From an uncultured Chloroflexia bacterium (lineage in GTDB: Bacteria; Chloroflexota; Anaerolineae; B4-G1; SLSP01): DNA of 64,000 nucleotides. Shown piece after piece: positions 41,912-51,670 of the stretch. Each line of letters opens with the position of its first letter. Positions within the stretch are counted from its first letter, which is position 1. Where the stretch lies: assembly GCA_963751345.1 (NCBI GenBank), contig CAVVUS010000022.1:32001-96000 (forward strand), written 5' to 3'. Under the pieces are notes generated by a model. That model was not told where the DNA came from and did no database searches. It saw only the letters and a program-made list of their open reading frames with translations. The position numbers were made by a program, and so were the translations under genes.

Positions 41912-42005
41912 AACCTTGCGAAGGTTAGCGCCATGCCCCCTTGAAAGGGTGCCCGGTACACGCAAATGCGTCGGCGAACAGGCACTCAGTAACCTTCGCA
42001 AGGCT
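41912..42005. repeat. Inverted pair of palindromic AACCTT-N3-AAGGTT units
   Basis: CCTTGCGAAGGTTA (41914-41927) / TAACCTTCGCAAGG (41990-42003), a 14-bp perfect IR. Each unit is itself near-palindromic. Confidence 0.65.
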
Positions 42006-42026
42006 TTGTATAGCCCGTATTATGCC

Positions 42027-42449
42027 TCAAGGAACCAGAAAAACAGGGCACGGCGCGTGGCGCAGCACCTCGGTGCTGACGTCGCCAAGCAGCAGGTCCG
42101 ATACCTGCGTGGGGCCTCGCGTGCCCAGGACGATCAGCGACACTTCCTCGTCCCGGGCCATCTCGACAATAACCCGCGCCGTCGACGAGCCCGCCGCGAC
42201 GGCTCCCACCGCCGAGACCCCTGCGTTTTGCAGGTACTCAACCGTGTCGCTCACCACCTCGTGAGCGACAGTCTCCAGTTGCTCGACCAGCTGTATATAC
42301 CCCGCCGTCGCCGAGTAGCGCTCCAACGACTGGTAGACGTGCAGGACGACGACCTCCGCCTCCTCCTGCCGCGCCAGGTGCTCCAGGTAGATCAGCGCGC
42401 GCTCTGCAGCGGGCGTAGCATTATGTGCAAACAGGATCTTCCGAAACAT
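42027..42449 (-). CDS. Universal stress protein
   Basis: MFRKILFA...LIVLGTRG...LLGDVS.EVL.HAPCPVFLV. Confidence 0.92.
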   Translation of the reverse strand: MFRKILFAHNATPAAERALIYLEHLARQEEAEVVVLHVYQSLERYSATAGYIQLVEQLETVAHEVVSDTVEYLQNAGVSAVGAVAAGSSTARVIVEMARDEEVSLIVLGTRGPTQVSDLLLGDVSTEVLRHAPCPVFLVP

Positions 42450-42462
42450 GCAGGCCTCTCTC

Positions 42463-43452
42463 TCACTTACGCAGTTGGCGGAGTTCCTCGAAGAGCTCGC
42501 GCTCCTTGTCACTCAGCCCATCGGGCAAGACCACGTCCGCGATCGCAAACAGATCCCCTCTGGCATTCTGACGCCCAAGTACCGGCATCCCCTTGCCTCG
42601 CAGCCGAAACCTCGTCCCGTTCTGAGTCTCAGGCGGAACACGGAGCATCACCGAGTGTCCATCCGGCAACGGCACCTGTATTTCGCCACCCAATTCGGCA
42701 GTATAAAGATCCACCGGCACCTTAGTCTCAAGGTCGTCTTCATCGCGACCGAACTGGGGGTGTTCCGCGACGTTGATGACCAGAAACAGGTCCCCGGCGG
42801 GCCCGCCGCCGGCACCGCCGGCGCCCTTCCCGGCAACCCGCACCCGCGTGCCTGTCTTGGCGCCGGCCGGAATCGTCACCTCAATACGCTGGTCACCGAT
42901 CTGGAAGAGCCGCTTGGTGCCGTGGTAGGCCTCCTGCAGCGAGATCTCGACGGGCTGCTCGTAATCACGCCCTCGCCGAGTCTGCGGGGCGCCTCGTCCC
43001 CCCATCCCACCGAAGAGGTCACCAAAGCCACCCTCGTACTCTCCGCCGTAGCCCCGGCCCCCCCGCCCACCGAAAAGCTGCTGGAAGAAGTCGGAGAAGC
43101 CACCTTCTCCCCCCATCCCACCCGGTCCGGTGGTATAGGTGTAGCGCACGCCGCCGGGCCCTGTCCCCTGTGGCTGTCCGCCCCACTGCTGCCAGAAATC
43201 ATCCGGCGCGCCGCCTCGCTGCTCCCAAGTCTTCCACTCGCTGCCGAACTGATCGAAGAGCTTGCGCTTCTCAGGATCGGATAGTACCTCGTAAGCCTCG
43301 TTGACCTCTTTGAACTTCTCCTCGGCAGACTTGTCATCCGGGTTCATATCGGGGTGATACTTGCGTGCCAACTTGCGGTACGCCTGCTTGATCTCTTTCT
43401 CGGACGCTTCCCTCGATACTCCCAGCGCGCCATAGTAGTCCTTATAGTCCAT
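42463..43452 (-). CDS. Class II DnaJ (CbpA-like) co-chaperone
   Basis: J domain with YHPD, G/F-rich linker, DnaJ C-terminal domain. No CxxCxGxG zinc finger. Confidence 0.93.
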   Translation of the reverse strand: MDYKDYYGALGVSREASEKEIKQAYRKLARKYHPDMNPDDKSAEEKFKEVNEAYEVLSDPEKRKLFDQFGSEWKTWEQRGGAPDDFWQQWGGQPQGTGPGGVRYTYTTGPGGMGGEGGFSDFFQQLFGGRGGRGYGGEYEGGFGDLFGGMGGRGAPQTRRGRDYEQPVEISLQEAYHGTKRLFQIGDQRIEVTIPAGAKTGTRVRVAGKGAGGAGGGPAGDLFLVINVAEHPQFGRDEDDLETKVPVDLYTAELGGEIQVPLPDGHSVMLRVPPETQNGTRFRLRGKGMPVLGRQNARGDLFAIADVVLPDGLSDKERELFEELRQLRK

Positions 43453-43511
43453 AGTCACCCCCTACCCGTCGTCGAATGTATCAAACCCCACGTGGATCAA
43501 CGCGCCCGCGG

Positions 43512-44144
43512 TCATGCGCCGCGCTTGGCGACGACCACTTTCGCAGGGCGCAGCACGCGCCGACTTCCCGAGTTTGGCTCAACCAACAGATAGCCCGGTG
43601 CCATTACCTCAACGACGTGCATGTCACCGGTCTCGCCTGACTCGGCAGGCACCATGGCAACAGCCTCGTGCTTTGTAGGATCAAAGGGCCGGCCTTGAGC
43701 GAAGACGCGCTCGACACCCTCACGGAGCAGCAGTGCCAGCATACTGTCATATGCCATCTGGACCCCTTGATGCGCGGGATCCTGCGGATCAATGTGGTGC
43801 AATGCCTGCTCCAGGTTGTCGACAACCCCCAAAAACTCCCGCAAGAAACGCTCCTTCTCGCGCAAGGCCTCGTCCTCCGCCCAACGCTTCTGGCGCTTGC
43901 GGAAGTTGTCCATTTCAGCCTTGAGCCGGAGTGCAACGTCCCGCCAATCCACTACCTCGTCGCCGCCCATCGCTTTGCTCGGTTGGGCGGACGTCCGAGA
44001 GGCAGGTGAGGCCGTCGACGTTTCACGCGTCACGTCCGGCACACTCTCCCTTCCTTCCGGTTCCAGTCTACTCTCATCAGTCATCATTCGACTCTCCCCC
44101 TCTCGCCTGATGGGGATCCGAGTGGCTTTATCTGACATCACCAT
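43512..44144 (-). CDS. grpE: Nucleotide exchange factor GrpE
   Basis: LRLKAEMDNFRKR, VVDNLEQAL, FDPTKHEAV, GY...VLRPAKVVV. Confidence 0.93.
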   Translation of the reverse strand: MVMSDKATRIPIRREGESRMMTDESRLEPEGRESVPDVTRETSTASPASRTSAQPSKAMGGDEVVDWRDVALRLKAEMDNFRKRQKRWAEDEALREKERFLREFLGVVDNLEQALHHIDPQDPAHQGVQMAYDSMLALLLREGVERVFAQGRPFDPTKHEAVAMVPAESGETGDMHVVEVMAPGYLLVEPNSGSRRVLRPAKVVVAKRGA

Positions 44145-44177
44145 ATACTCACATCCTATGCTTTCCCTGTCCAGAGA

Positions 44178-44205
44178 ACAGGGGGTGGCCGAAGCCACCC
44201 CCTGT
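44178..44205 (-). terminator. UUCG-tetraloop hairpin between dnaK and grpE
   Basis: Minus strand ACAGGGGGTGGC-TTCG-GCCACCCCCTGT with a 12-bp stem and weak U-tract. Confidence 0.6.
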
Positions 44206-44269
44206 CAGTGCGGTCTACCGCAACTTCTAACGTCGGCGCAGCTTCATCGGCTGCACACGGGTCTGTCCC

Positions 44270-46208
44270 CTAGTTGACCTCGCGGTACTCACCTTCGACA
44301 ACGTCAGGGCCTTCCCCGCCGCTGCCGCTTTCCGGTGCGTGACCGTAGCCGGGGCCCACATTCGGGCCGGGCATCGGGCCGGTCTGAGCGCCGCCCTGGT
44401 CATAGGCCTGTTGGCCCATCTTCATCGACACGTCGCGGAGTTCATCCATCTTGCGGCGAATCGCTGCCGCATCCTCACTCGTATCCTTGAGCGTCCGCAG
44501 ATCGTTCATCAGACCTTCGAGCTGCGCACGGATATCGCCCGGGACTTTCTCACCGAGGTCCTCCATACTGCGCTCGATCTGGAAGATCATGCCGTCCGCC
44601 TCGTTCCGCGTATCCACCAACTCCTGGCGCTTGCGGTCCTCCTCCTGGTGCAACTCGGCCTCTTCAACCAGCCGATCCACCTCGGAGCCGCTCAGGTTCG
44701 TGCTTGCCGTAATCGTAATATGCTGCTCACGGCCCGTGGCCTTGTCCTTCGCCTGCACATTCAGGATACCATTGGCATCGATATCAAAGGTGACCTCGAC
44801 CTGCGGGACCCCACGTGGTGCCGGCGGGATACCGTCGAGCCGGAACTGGCCCAGCAGCATGTTGTTCGCCGCCATTGGGCGCTCTCCCTGGTAGACCTTG
44901 ATGTCAACCGCGGTCTGATTGCTCTCAGCCGTGGTGAAGGTCTCGCTCTTCTTGACGGGCACCGTCGTGTTGCGCGGGATTAGGTTGGTCATTCGACCGC
45001 CCAGCGTCTCCACACCCAGCGACAGAGGCGACACATCCAGCAACAGAATATCGGTCACGTCGCCGGCCAAGAACGCCAGCCTGAATCGCCGCGCCTACAG
45101 AAACTACCTCGTCAGGGTTGACACCCTTGTGAGGCTCTTTGCCGTTCGTCAGCGAGCGCACCAGCTCCTGGATCATCGGCATACGCGTGGCGCCACCTAC
45201 CAGGACGACCTCATTGAGATCTCCGGCAGCGATCTTCGCATCCGACAAAGCCCGCTCGAAGGGATGCCGGCACCGGTCGACCAGGTCAGCCGTCAGCTGC
45301 TCGAACTTCGAGCGCGTCAGCCGAATCTGAAGGTGCTTCGGACCGGTCGCATCCGCAGTAATGTACGGCAGATTGACCTCGGTCTCCATCATCGTGGAGA
45401 GCTCGATCTTCGCTTTCTCCGCGGCCTCACGCAGCCGCTGCATGGCCTGGCGATCCTTGGACAGATCCACGCCCTGCTGCTTTCGGAACTCCTCGAGCAT
45501 CCAGCGCACAACTCGCTCGTCCCAGTCATCGCCACCCAAGTGTGTATCGCCGTTGGTGGACTTCACCTCGATCAGCCCTTCGCTGACCTCGAGGATCGAT
45601 ACATCGAAGGTGCCCCCACCAAGATCGAAGACGAGGATGGTCTCATCCTTGGCCTTGTCCAGACCATAGGCCAGCGCAGAAGCCGTGGGCTCATTGATGA
45701 TTCGCATCACCTCGAGGCCTGCGATCTGCCCTGCATCCTTGGTCGCCTGGCGCTGGCTATCGTTGAAGTACGCAGGCACCGTGATGACGGCCTGTGTCAC
45801 CGGCTCACCAAGATAGGCCTCGGCATCCTTCTTTAGCTTCTGGAGGATCATCGCCGAGATCTCCTGCGGTGTGTAGACTTTATCCTGCACCGGCACACGC
45901 ACGCGCGCATCATTCTGAGGCCCCGCCACGATATCATACGAGACCATCTCACGGGTTACTTCGACCTCGGGCTCATCCGCGCGACGTCCCATCAGTCGCT
46001 TCACCGAGTAGATCGTGTTCTCGGCGTTGACCACAGCCTGACGTTTCGCAGGATCCCCGACCAAGCGATCACCATTCTTGGTGAACGCCACTACCGAAGG
46101 GAGTAAACGACGCCCCTCCGCCGTCGGAATAACGGTGACCTGCCCACCTTCCATCACTGAGACAACGGAATTCGTCGTCCCCAAGTCAATGCCTACAATT
46201 CTGGCCAT
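44270..46208 (-). CDS. dnaK: Chaperone DnaK (Hsp70), frameshift near 45070
   Basis: [37 protein letters not shown], then [11 protein letters not shown] and FDIDANGIL. Confidence 0.96.
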
Positions 46209-46403
46209 GTTTTACCTCCGTCCTTAATCATTCCTGTCCCAGTATAAAGGGTAAGTATTGGAATGACATAAGAGGACGATAAGAATCGCGTATAAGCGTG
46301 ACGAGTGAGTTTGACGGGTAGCGATAGATCAGGAGGAGACGAACCACGAGCAGCCTAACGATGGCAGGTAGTGGCGGTCACTCGTTGCTTTCAGGAGGTC
46401 CGA

Positions 46404-47867
46404 TCACCCGTCAATCGTCACCCGTGAGTCTACAATGAAGACCCGCGCGTCCAATGGCGGAACATCGAGGCGCAAGTAGCCTTCTTGCGCGGACATAGAG
46501 GTGCCTGTCCACGCTTCATGGACGACGCTCCCCTCGGGCATCAGGGGCGCCACGTGCAACTCAACACGCTCGGCGGCATCCCCCAAGTTGAGGGCCACGA
46601 TGACGGTCTCGACAGCATCGTGACGGGCAAAGGCATACAGCGTCTGGGTCGCTGCGAGTAGCGTATAGCGCCCCCCACGCAGCGCGGAGTGGGCCTGGCG
46701 CAGCGCGATGAAGCGTCTGAACTCCGCGTGGAGCTCGCGGTCCCAATGACGCTCGTCCCACGAGAAAGCACGCCGGCAATCCGGATCGCTTCCGCCCTCC
46801 ATCCCGATCTCGTCGCCGTAGTAGATCGAGGGGGCTCCGGGAAACGCCATCTGGAAGAGGGTCGCCAGCCGTAGCCGCCGCTTGTCGCCGCGCACCATCG
46901 TCAGGAAGCGGGGCTCATCGTGGCTGCTGATCAAATTGTACTGCGCCTGCGTGACCGCAGGAGCATACAGCCCAAGCAAGCGCTCGATCTCACCTGCAAA
47001 GGCGAGACCACCTAGGGGCGCGACCTGAAAGCCACCGGGCCGCTGCGAGGTATCCAGCCAAGCGCCTCCGAAGAAACCATAGCACGCTCGGTTGAAGCCG
47101 TAGTTCATCACAGCATCGAAGTGCTCTCCCTGCAGCCAGGGCTTGGCATCGTGCCAGATTTCCGCCACCAGGTAGGCATCTGGGTTGACCGATTTCACGC
47201 GCTCGCGAAACTCCTCCCAGAACCCCGGCGTCTGAATCTCCAGCGGTACGTCGAGTCGCCAGCCATCGATCCCCCGCCTGAGCCACGTCTCCGCCACGTC
47301 CATGATGAAAGCGCGAACCTGTGGGTTCTCAGTGTTGAGCTTTGGCAGCTCGCGGTTATTCCACCACGCGGCATAGTTGGGCGTACGATGGCTATCGAAG
47401 GCCCACAGTGGAAAGCCATAAACTGAGAACCAGTCGAGATAGGGCGATTGGTCCCCGTTCTCCATGATGTGGTTGAACTGATATAGTCCCCGCCCCGCGT
47501 GGTTGAAGACGCCGTCGAGGACGATGCGGATCCCGGCTTGATGCGCACCCGCCAGAAGCGCATCAAAGGCCTCGTTACCCCCAAGGAGAGGGTCAACCTG
47601 GTAGTAATCGTAGGTGTGATAGCGGTGGTTCGCCGCCGACTGGAAGATGGGGTTGAGGTAGATCGCATTGATCCCGAGGTCCACCAGATAGTCGAGGTGC
47701 TCCAACACACCAAGCAGATCCCCTCCCTTGAAGCCGCGTTGCGTTGGGGGAACGTCCCAGGGCTCCAGGTTGCCCGGCTTGGGCACGTGCCGGCTGGAGG
47801 CAAACCGGTCAGGGAAGATCTGGTAGAAAACAGCGTCCTTGACCCAATCAGGTGGGTGAGGGGTCAC
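46404..47867 (-). CDS. GH13 neopullulanase/cyclomaltodextrinase-like glycosidase
   Basis: PDWVKDAVFYQIFPDRF, DGVFNH, GWRLDV, AEIW, SHD, YYGDE, DPDCRR. GTG start overlaps the upstream stop. Confidence 0.93.
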   Translation of the reverse strand: MTPHPPDWVKDAVFYQIFPDRFASSRHVPKPGNLEPWDVPPTQRGFKGGDLLGVLEHLDYLVDLGINAIYLNPIFQSAANHRYHTYDYYQVDPLLGGNEAFDALLAGAHQAGIRIVLDGVFNHAGRGLYQFNHIMENGDQSPYLDWFSVYGFPLWAFDSHRTPNYAAWWNNRELPKLNTENPQVRAFIMDVAETWLRRGIDGWRLDVPLEIQTPGFWEEFRERVKSVNPDAYLVAEIWHDAKPWLQGEHFDAVMNYGFNRACYGFFGGAWLDTSQRPGGFQVAPLGGLAFAGEIERLLGLYAPAVTQAQYNLISSHDEPRFLTMVRGDKRRLRLATLFQMAFPGAPSIYYGDEIGMEGGSDPDCRRAFSWDERHWDRELHAEFRRFIALRQAHSALRGGRYTLLAATQTLYAFARHDAVETVIVALNLGDAAERVELHVAPLMPEGSVVHEAWTGTSMSAQEGYLRLDVPPLDARVFIVDSRVTIDG

Positions 47868-48547
47868 TGCGTCACAGTCCTCCGCTGCTGCCGGCACCCG
47901 CGTCCCCGCCATATCCCGACTCCCAGGAGCAGCAGCGAGCACAGGCTCACGGCACCGGCAACGATCAGCCCCGCATCTTGCCAGAAGGGTAAGGGAAACA
48001 GGCGGATCAAGGTGTCGGAATACGAGAAGGTCCAGGTGCCGGGCTGGAAGAAGAGCCCGTGGAAGAACGTGAAGAATTGGTCGAAGCCGGTGAGCATCCA
48101 GACGCCCAGGGTCAGCAGCACAGCCAGCGTGAGGCCGCCGCCTTCTGCAATCGCATCCCAAATACCGCAACGGTCGCCGAGGCGCGCCAGGACAGCCGCA
48201 GCTATCACAGCCACCAGCAGCATTGCACCCGCCAGCAGTGTCAGCCGGCTGAACACCCGCTTGACGTCGACCATATGCGAGAACTCGCGTTCGTTGTAAG
48301 CCGGTTCGCCGTTAGGAAGCCGCAGGTCCGTCAGAAGCTCCGCATGACCCGGGACGTTGAGGAAGCGAATGGACGCCTGTGCGAGGCTCAGGCGCTCCTG
48401 CTGCGTCAGGCCGAACGAATCCTGCGGGAAGCCAGGGCGCGCGTACTCAAACGCCGGATACCAGGGCAGCGTCAAAGCACGCACCACGACCATCGTCAGG
48501 ACAATGGGAACAGCCAACACGATCAGTAGACGTAGAATCGCTCGCAT
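47864..48547 (-). CDS. TIGR01906/DUF1461 family membrane protein
   Basis: EFSHMVDVK, FDQFFTFFHGLFF, W.F...DTLIRLFP. Confidence 0.85.
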   Translation of the reverse strand: MRAILRLLIVLAVPIVLTMVVVRALTLPWYPAFEYARPGFPQDSFGLTQQERLSLAQASIRFLNVPGHAELLTDLRLPNGEPAYNEREFSHMVDVKRVFSRLTLLAGAMLLVAVIAAAVLARLGDRCGIWDAIAEGGGLTLAVLLTLGVWMLTGFDQFFTFFHGLFFQPGTWTFSYSDTLIRLFPLPFWQDAGLIVAGAVSLCSLLLLGVGIWRGRGCRQQRRTVTQ

Positions 48548-48671
48548 AGCCACCTCTCAGGCGTGGACTTGAGTTATACACCGGAATAGGTAGAATGAAA
48601 GTGCTATGTCATGGGTTGTTACAAGCCGGCACGATTTGACACGCACTCTCAACATTCACTTGCAGCAGCCG

Positions 48672-48680
48672 TGCTATAAT
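48672..48680 (+). promoter_or_regulatory. Extended -10 promoter for minCDE
   Basis: TGCTATAAT ending 9 nt before ATG 48690. Confidence 0.55.
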
Positions 48681-48689
48681 GGAGACATT

Positions 48690-49364
48690 ATGGAAGAATC
48701 GCCGATCATGTTGAAGGGAACCGCAGATGGTATTCTCCTTCGGCCCAAATCCTTCGACTGGGCGACCGTGTTGGTGGCGCTCGAACAGGCACTCCAGGAA
48801 GCCGAAGCCTTCTTTCGAGGCGGGCGCCTGATCCTGGAACTGGGCACACGCGAGTTGACCCAACCACAACTCATATCCATGCGCACGTTGCTCACGCAGT
48901 ACGACATTGAGCTCTGGGCGGTTCTCAGTGAGAACGAGAAGACCGTCCATCTCGCGCGCTCCAACGGCGTGCTGACCCGCTTGCCCAAGGATAATGAACC
49001 CAGAAAGCCCACCGTCGAGATCCCTGCTGGACAGCAGGCGCTTTTCGTCCATCAAACCCTGAGATCAGGCCAAAGCATCCATCACCCGGGTCACGTTACC
49101 CTGTTGGGCGATGTGAACTCGGGCGCGGAGATTGTAGCAGGAGGTAACATCATCGTCTGGGGCGCCATTCGAGGCGTGGCCCACGCCGGAGCCTTTGGCG
49201 ATGACACGTCCGTCATCTGTGCGCTGGATCTACAGCCTGCACAGATACGGATCGCCGGGTATATCGGGCGGCCGCCGGAACAACAGCGGCAGGCGCCCGA
49301 GCCGGAGATCGCCTGCGTGGAAGGGGGGCATATTATCGCCGAAGCTTGGAGCAGAAAAGGATAG
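48690..49364 (+). CDS. minC: Septum site-determining protein MinC
   Basis: LKGTADG, TLRSGQ, GDVNSGAEIVAGG, GVAHAGAFGD, QIRIAG. Confidence 0.95.
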   Translation: MEESPIMLKGTADGILLRPKSFDWATVLVALEQALQEAEAFFRGGRLILELGTRELTQPQLISMRTLLTQYDIELWAVLSENEKTVHLARSNGVLTRLPKDNEPRKPTVEIPAGQQALFVHQTLRSGQSIHHPGHVTLLGDVNSGAEIVAGGNIIVWGAIRGVAHAGAFGDDTSVICALDLQPAQIRIAGYIGRPPEQQRQAPEPEIACVEGGHIIAEAWSRKG

Positions 49365-49366
49365 GT

Positions 49367-50152
49367 ATGGCCGGAAAGATCATCACGGTTTCCTCGGGAA
49401 AGGGCGGCGTGGGCAAGACCACGACAACCGCCAATCTGGGTATCAGCCTGGCTATGCTGGGACATCGGGTCACGTGCATCGATGCGGACATCGGTCTGCG
49501 TAACCTGGACGTTATGCTGGGACTGGAAAACCGCATCGTCTACGACATCATCAACTACATCGAGGGACGCTGCAGGCTGAGGCAGGCGCTCGTACGTGAC
49601 AAACGCTTTCCGGAACTCTTCCTCTTGCCCGCGGCGCAGACGCGAGACAAGGACGCGATTAGCGTCGATGACATGGCGAGGGTCGCCCGTGAGGCTGCCG
49701 AGTTGTCAGACTTCGTATTGATTGACTCCCCTGCCGGTATCGAGCATGGTTTCCGTTGCGCCGTTTCGGCAGCGGATCTCGTGCTGATCGTGACCAACCC
49801 CGAGGTCACCGCCGTCCGCGACGCCGATCGCGTGGTCGGATTGCTCGAAGCTGAGGGATGGGCATCCGCGAAGCTGGTGATCAACCGGTTCAAGGCGGAT
49901 CTGGTGCGCAGTAACCAGATGCTCGACTCGGACACCGTGGTGGATCTGCTCGCCATTGACCTGATCGGCATCGTGCCCGAAGACACCAAGATCCTGTCAG
50001 CCAGCAACCAGGGGCAGCCCGTGGCTCTGGATGACCGGGCCCCTGCCGGGCGAGCGTTTCGCAATATCGCGCGACGGCTGTCAGGCGAGGAAGTGCCCTT
50101 TGACGTTCTCCAGAAGCAAACGTTCTTCCAGAGGCTCTTCAGCTCTCGCTGA
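49367..50152 (+). CDS. minD: Septum site-determining ATPase MinD
   Basis: SGKGGVGKTT, DIGLRNLD, DSPAGIE, AVRDADR, C-terminal amphipathic FFQRLF. Confidence 0.97.
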   Translation: MAGKIITVSSGKGGVGKTTTTANLGISLAMLGHRVTCIDADIGLRNLDVMLGLENRIVYDIINYIEGRCRLRQALVRDKRFPELFLLPAAQTRDKDAISVDDMARVAREAAELSDFVLIDSPAGIEHGFRCAVSAADLVLIVTNPEVTAVRDADRVVGLLEAEGWASAKLVINRFKADLVRSNQMLDSDTVVDLLAIDLIGIVPEDTKILSASNQGQPVALDDRAPAGRAFRNIARRLSGEEVPFDVLQKQTFFQRLFSSR

Positions 50153-50163
50153 AAGGAGCGCGT

Positions 50164-50463
50164 ATGAAACTACGTGATTTGTTCCGTCGCAGTTCCGCAT
50201 CGAGCCAGGACATCGCTGCGCAGCGATTGCGCCTGGTCCTGACTCACGATCGTGCTAATATCTCGCCCGGCATGCTAGAGGTGTTGAAGGACGAGATCAT
50301 CGCCGTGATCTCAAAGCACTTGGACATCGACACCGACAAAGTCGTCGTGAATTTCACCGAGGACAACCGGGAAACCCGGCTGATGGCAGATATTCCGGTC
50401 CACTCCGGGCGCGCACGCCGCACGGACGAGCGACCGGCTGAGCCGGCGAGACAAACGAGATAA
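50164..50463 (+). CDS. minE: Cell division topological specificity factor MinE
   Basis: AAQRLRLVLTHDR...LKDEIIAVISKH...ADIPV, directly after minD. Confidence 0.93.
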   Translation: MKLRDLFRRSSASSQDIAAQRLRLVLTHDRANISPGMLEVLKDEIIAVISKHLDIDTDKVVVNFTEDNRETRLMADIPVHSGRARRTDERPAEPARQTR

Positions 50464-50523
50464 GGAGGGAGGAAGCAGTTACAACCGCGGCAGTGCACTT
50501 TTGGCCGCGGCTCTTCCAGACAT

Positions 50524-51618
50524 ATGCGCAGATCACCTTGGCAGTACTTTGACTGGGGTCTCCTGCTGATTGCCATTGCGCTGACCTTGATAGGCTTGGC
50601 GATGATCTTCAGCGCGACCCAGGGTTCGGATGACCTCGCCGACATATGGCGCCAGCAGGCAATCTATGCCGCGATTGGCGTCGGCCTGATGTTTTTCGTT
50701 GCCTCCGTCGACTACCGCCTTCTCGAGAGCCTCGAATGGCCTCTCTACTTTGTGGTTCTGGCTATCCTCGTCTTCACCCTCTTGTTTGGTTCCAGCGAAA
50801 TCGGCGAGGTGCGCCGCTTCATCTACATAGGCGGTAGATCGATTCAGCCCGCGTTCCCTGCCCTGATCCTGCTGATCGTCAGCCTGGCCAGCTTGCTGGC
50901 GCGCAATGCCCCCTCCCCTCCCGGTCTCGGCGAGTTCGCAGGGTCCATCGCGCTGACGGGAGCAGCGGCCTTCCTCGTCTTCAGCCAGCCCAACCTGAGC
51001 ACCGCGACCCTCTACATTGCGACCTGGGCGGTGATGATCTACACATCCGGACTCCGATTCATCTACCTCGCGGGCGCAGGTGCCCTGGGGTTGGCGGCGG
51101 TGCCCATCGTGTGGGCCAATATGGACACCTACATGCGCAGCCGCGTTGAGAACTTCCTCGACCCCACTCTCGACCCAGGCGCCTACTATAACGTTCAACA
51201 AGCGCTCATCAGCATTGGCTCGGGAGGACTATGGGGCAAGGGATTTGCCACCGGGACACAGAGCCAACTCCACTTCCTGCGTGTGCGCCACACCGACTTC
51301 ATCTTCTCGGTTATCTGTGAGGAGCTGGGGTTTGTGGGTGCGATTCTGATCTTGCTGGTCTTCGGCCTCCTTCTATGGCGTCTCTTGCGCATCGCCGGCA
51401 ACGCCGACGACATCACAGGCCGGCTGATCGTGGCCGGCGTCACGACCTATATCTTCTACCAACTGCTCATCAATCTTGGCATGAACCTCAACGTTATCCC
51501 CGTGGCGGGCCTGCCCATGCCGTTCATCAGCAGCGGCGGCAGTGCGTTGGTCGTGACGTTCCTCGGCCTCGGCCTTGTGCAAAGCGTGGTCATGCATCAG
51601 AGGAGATTGGAGTTCTAG
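50524..51618 (+). CDS. rodA: SEDS family rod shape-determining protein RodA
   Basis: Multi-TM. IGSGGLWGKG, HTDFIFSVICEELG, PFISSGGS. Position after minCDE fits rodA. Confidence 0.85.
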   Translation: MRRSPWQYFDWGLLLIAIALTLIGLAMIFSATQGSDDLADIWRQQAIYAAIGVGLMFFVASVDYRLLESLEWPLYFVVLAILVFTLLFGSSEIGEVRRFIYIGGRSIQPAFPALILLIVSLASLLARNAPSPPGLGEFAGSIALTGAAAFLVFSQPNLSTATLYIATWAVMIYTSGLRFIYLAGAGALGLAAVPIVWANMDTYMRSRVENFLDPTLDPGAYYNVQQALISIGSGGLWGKGFATGTQSQLHFLRVRHTDFIFSVICEELGFVGAILILLVFGLLLWRLLRIAGNADDITGRLIVAGVTTYIFYQLLINLGMNLNVIPVAGLPMPFISSGGSALVVTFLGLGLVQSVVMHQRRLEF

Positions 51619-51670
51619 CGAAATCACCTATAATGAGGGACCATCTCTACCAGGAGGAGGAGTAGCATCT

